Below, piece by piece: positions 61,643-64,000 of a DNA stretch of 64,000 nucleotides. This DNA is from Candidatus Yanofskybacteria bacterium (lineage in GTDB: Bacteria > Patescibacteriota > Minisyncoccia > 2-02-FULL-40-12 > GWA2-44-9), in assembly GCA_003514055.1 (NCBI GenBank), contig DOSG01000002.1:79825-143824 (forward strand), given 5' to 3'. Numbering within the stretch: position 1 is the first letter of the stretch; the number at the start of each line of letters is the position of its first letter. Made by a program: the position numbers and the translations under genes. A model generated the notes under the pieces. The model made no database searches. It had not been told where the DNA came from and saw only the letters and a list, made by a program, of their open reading frames with translations.

Positions 61643-61981
61643 GTGGCTAAGAAATTATATATAGGGAATCTTTCCTATAACACCAACGATGCTCAGCTCA
61701 GAGACTTTTTTGCTCAGGCTGGTACCGTTGAATCAGCATCTGTCCTTATGGACAAGATGACTGGCCGATCCAGAGGTTTTGGATTCGTTGAGATGGCTAG
61801 TGACGAAGAGGCTGCCAAGGCTGTTGAGACTCTCAATGGCGTGGAACTCGACGGCAGAAAGCTTGTCGTAAACGAAGCTAGACCGATGACCGACAAACCC
61901 CCAAGGCGCAGTTTCGGTGGAGGCATGGGTGGCGGAAACCGAGGCGGTGGCAGAGGTTTTGGCGGAGGCAGAGACTACTAA
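61643..61981 (+). CDS. RRM RNA-binding protein with Gly-rich tail
   Basis: LYIGNL (RNP2), RGFGFVEM (RNP1). Confidence 0.95.
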   Translation: MAKKLYIGNLSYNTNDAQLRDFFAQAGTVESASVLMDKMTGRSRGFGFVEMASDEEAAKAVETLNGVELDGRKLVVNEARPMTDKPPRRSFGGGMGGGNRGGGRGFGGGRDY

Positions 61982-62078
61982 TCGTTGTCTTTAGAAACAC
62001 CGGCCCGAAAGGGCCGGTGTTTTGTTTTTATAAACGAATCGCATATAATAGTCCCAGACCTTTGAAAGGGGTAAGGAA

Positions 62079-62648
62079 GTGGCAGACGTCACCGTTGTGG
62101 TTGGACCAATGCGATCTGGTAAGTCTGAAGAGATCATTGGCGAAGCCAATAAATATCTAATTGCTGGGATGAAAGTTCTCGTTGTTAAGCCCGCGATTGA
62201 TAAGAGAACTACCGGCGCCATAGCCTCTAGAAAGTGGGATGGCGGGAAGCCCGTTTTAACGAAAGAATTGTCGGCCATGGAGGTAAAAGACGAGGAGCAT
62301 TTGAGAAGCTTGATTAGAAGATATAATCCCGAGATTATAATCGCGGATGAATGCCAGTTTTTTGATAGTTGGTTTTATGATGTAATGCTCTATGCGGCTA
62401 AATATTTGGATATTCCGGTTTGGCTGTCGGGTCTGGACCTAGATGCTTGGAAAAGGCCATTCCTAATCATGCCTAACTTGCTAGCATTGGCAGACGTCGT
62501 GATTAAAAAGACCGCCGTTTGTTCGAAGTGTCGTCATCTCGGTGCACGCTTTACTCAAAAATTATCGGGGACATCTTCGCAAATTGAAGTTGGGGATGTT
62601 CAGTATGAGCCAAGGTGCGAGAAGTGCCACGTCTTGCCATCGGTATAG
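62079..62648 (+). CDS. tdk: Thymidine kinase
   Basis: GPMRSGKS, DECQF, GLDLD..PF, CSKC..Y.PRC..C. Confidence 0.92.
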   Translation: MADVTVVVGPMRSGKSEEIIGEANKYLIAGMKVLVVKPAIDKRTTGAIASRKWDGGKPVLTKELSAMEVKDEEHLRSLIRRYNPEIIIADECQFFDSWFYDVMLYAAKYLDIPVWLSGLDLDAWKRPFLIMPNLLALADVVIKKTAVCSKCRHLGARFTQKLSGTSSQIEVGDVQYEPRCEKCHVLPSV

Positions 62649-62773
62649 GTGCGCTAGAGACACCTATCCATTAGTCTCAACTCAAGAATGAATTGATTGA
62701 GTGTTAGGAAGTACCCAGTTGCGAAGCGCGATTGGGTACTTTTTTAATATGTAATATTATGTAGAATAGTCGT

Positions 62774-63118
62774 ATGCAGTTATTCAAGTTTCCGAAAAAC
62801 GATAAGAGATATCATTGGACTAATCACGTTATGCGCAAGATGCTTTATTATGGCTTAACGCCGGATAAGGTTAAGAGAATAATGCGCAATCCCAAAAGGA
62901 GCGAGAACGGCATTGCCGAAGACACGATTGCCGTGATGCAGCCATCGGGCAGTAAGACTAAGCCAACGGAGATCTGGGCCATGTATGCTAGTCGGCCAAA
63001 GTCTCAACAGAAAGTTATAATCACGGCTTGGCGTTATCCAGGCATAAGCCCAGTCCGAGATGAAATTCCCATCCCAAGTGATATACTTGAAGAATTAAGA
63101 GCTGAGGGAATAATATAA
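62774..63118 (+). CDS. Hypothetical protein (DUF4258-like)
   Basis: WTNHV..KM, IITAWRYPG. Confidence 0.65.
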   Translation: MQLFKFPKNDKRYHWTNHVMRKMLYYGLTPDKVKRIMRNPKRSENGIAEDTIAVMQPSGSKTKPTEIWAMYASRPKSQQKVIITAWRYPGISPVRDEIPIPSDILEELRAEGII

Positions 63119-63942
63119 TGAAAATTGGATGTCATGTATCAATCGCGGGAGGAATACAAAATGCGCCGAAGAGGGCGGCGGATTTGGGGTGCGAGATTCT
63201 CCAGTTATTTACGCGCTCACCGCAGGGCGGCGCGGCACCTGAGTTAACAGAAGAACTAATCTCGGAATTTAAATCTGAGACGAAGAAATGGAATCAAGAA
63301 AATTATTATATTCATACGCCATACTACATTAACTTTGCTTCAGTCAAGGAAAACGTTAGAAAAGCTTCTGTGCGTGTTGTTCGAGAGGAGCTTGAGAGAG
63401 GTTCTTTAATTGGTGCCAAATATGTAATGACTCATTTGGGTAGCGCTAAGGATTATAAAAACAAAGGAGAGGCTCTTGATGTAGTAGTCAAAAGTATCAA
63501 AGAGATTGTTGATGGCTACAGAGGGAAGACAGTTTTTTTACTTGAGATATCAGCCGGAGCGGGCGATACGATTGGTAGTACATTCGAAGATTTAGGATAC
63601 ATTCTCGATAATACGAGTGATAAGATTGGCATATGTCTTGATTCGGCTCACATGTTTGCATCGGGATACGATATCAAATCCAAAGATGGTTTTGAAGCGG
63701 TCATGGGGAAAATAAAAAATACAGTTGGCTTAGAGAAAATAAAATTAATCCATGCCAACGATTCGATGGTTGGCTTAGGCGAGAAAAAAGATCGTCATGA
63801 GCATATAGGTAAGGGCGAGATCGGGGAGGAGGGATTTGTAAGTTTGATGGCGCAATTTCCAGAAGTCGATATGATATTGGAGACCGATCATGATGGCGTC
63901 GAGGATGATATTAAAAAGCTGAAGAAGCTCAGAGGCTATTAG
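63118..63942 (+). CDS. nfo: Endonuclease IV
   Basis: IGCHVSIAGG, HTPYYIN, LDSAH, HANDS..DRHEHIG, ILET. Confidence 0.95.
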   Translation: MKIGCHVSIAGGIQNAPKRAADLGCEILQLFTRSPQGGAAPELTEELISEFKSETKKWNQENYYIHTPYYINFASVKENVRKASVRVVREELERGSLIGAKYVMTHLGSAKDYKNKGEALDVVVKSIKEIVDGYRGKTVFLLEISAGAGDTIGSTFEDLGYILDNTSDKIGICLDSAHMFASGYDIKSKDGFEAVMGKIKNTVGLEKIKLIHANDSMVGLGEKKDRHEHIGKGEIGEEGFVSLMAQFPEVDMILETDHDGVEDDIKKLKKLRGY

Positions 63943-64000
63943 CGTGTTAAGAATATCAATTTTTCGAGTACGGGCTGTATTTCTCTACTGAGAAATCGCC

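Overview
About 64 kb of an AT-leaning bacterial chromosome whose gene content suggests Patescibacteria/CPR (Parcubacteria-like; inference). The left end is housekeeping (copA, capA-like, dnaG, rpoD). It is followed by tRNA-Asn(GUU), split by a 529-nt group I intron that encodes an HNH endonuclease. A large serine recombinase (LSR) gene converges on the tRNA and its last codons run antisense through the 3' exon. The LSR heads an island with a putative small replicon and a ParB-like/REase-like/methyltransferase trio. The most striking feature lies at ~15.0-23.7 kb: 13 same-orientation copies of a degenerate intergenic site (core CTGA-N16-GAGC, often ending GCGGAGC like the tRNA 3' end), separating almost exactly one gene per interval. 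Many of these genes carry their own promoter and terminator, and their GC content varies. This looks like an integron-like cassette array with no IntI or attC. The rest is typical CPR accessory and housekeeping content (ECF-MacAB operon, C39 peptidases, ice-binding protein plus sortase F, trpS, cca, tdk, nfo) with several candidate structured RNAs. All calls come from reading motifs by eye; no database searches were run.
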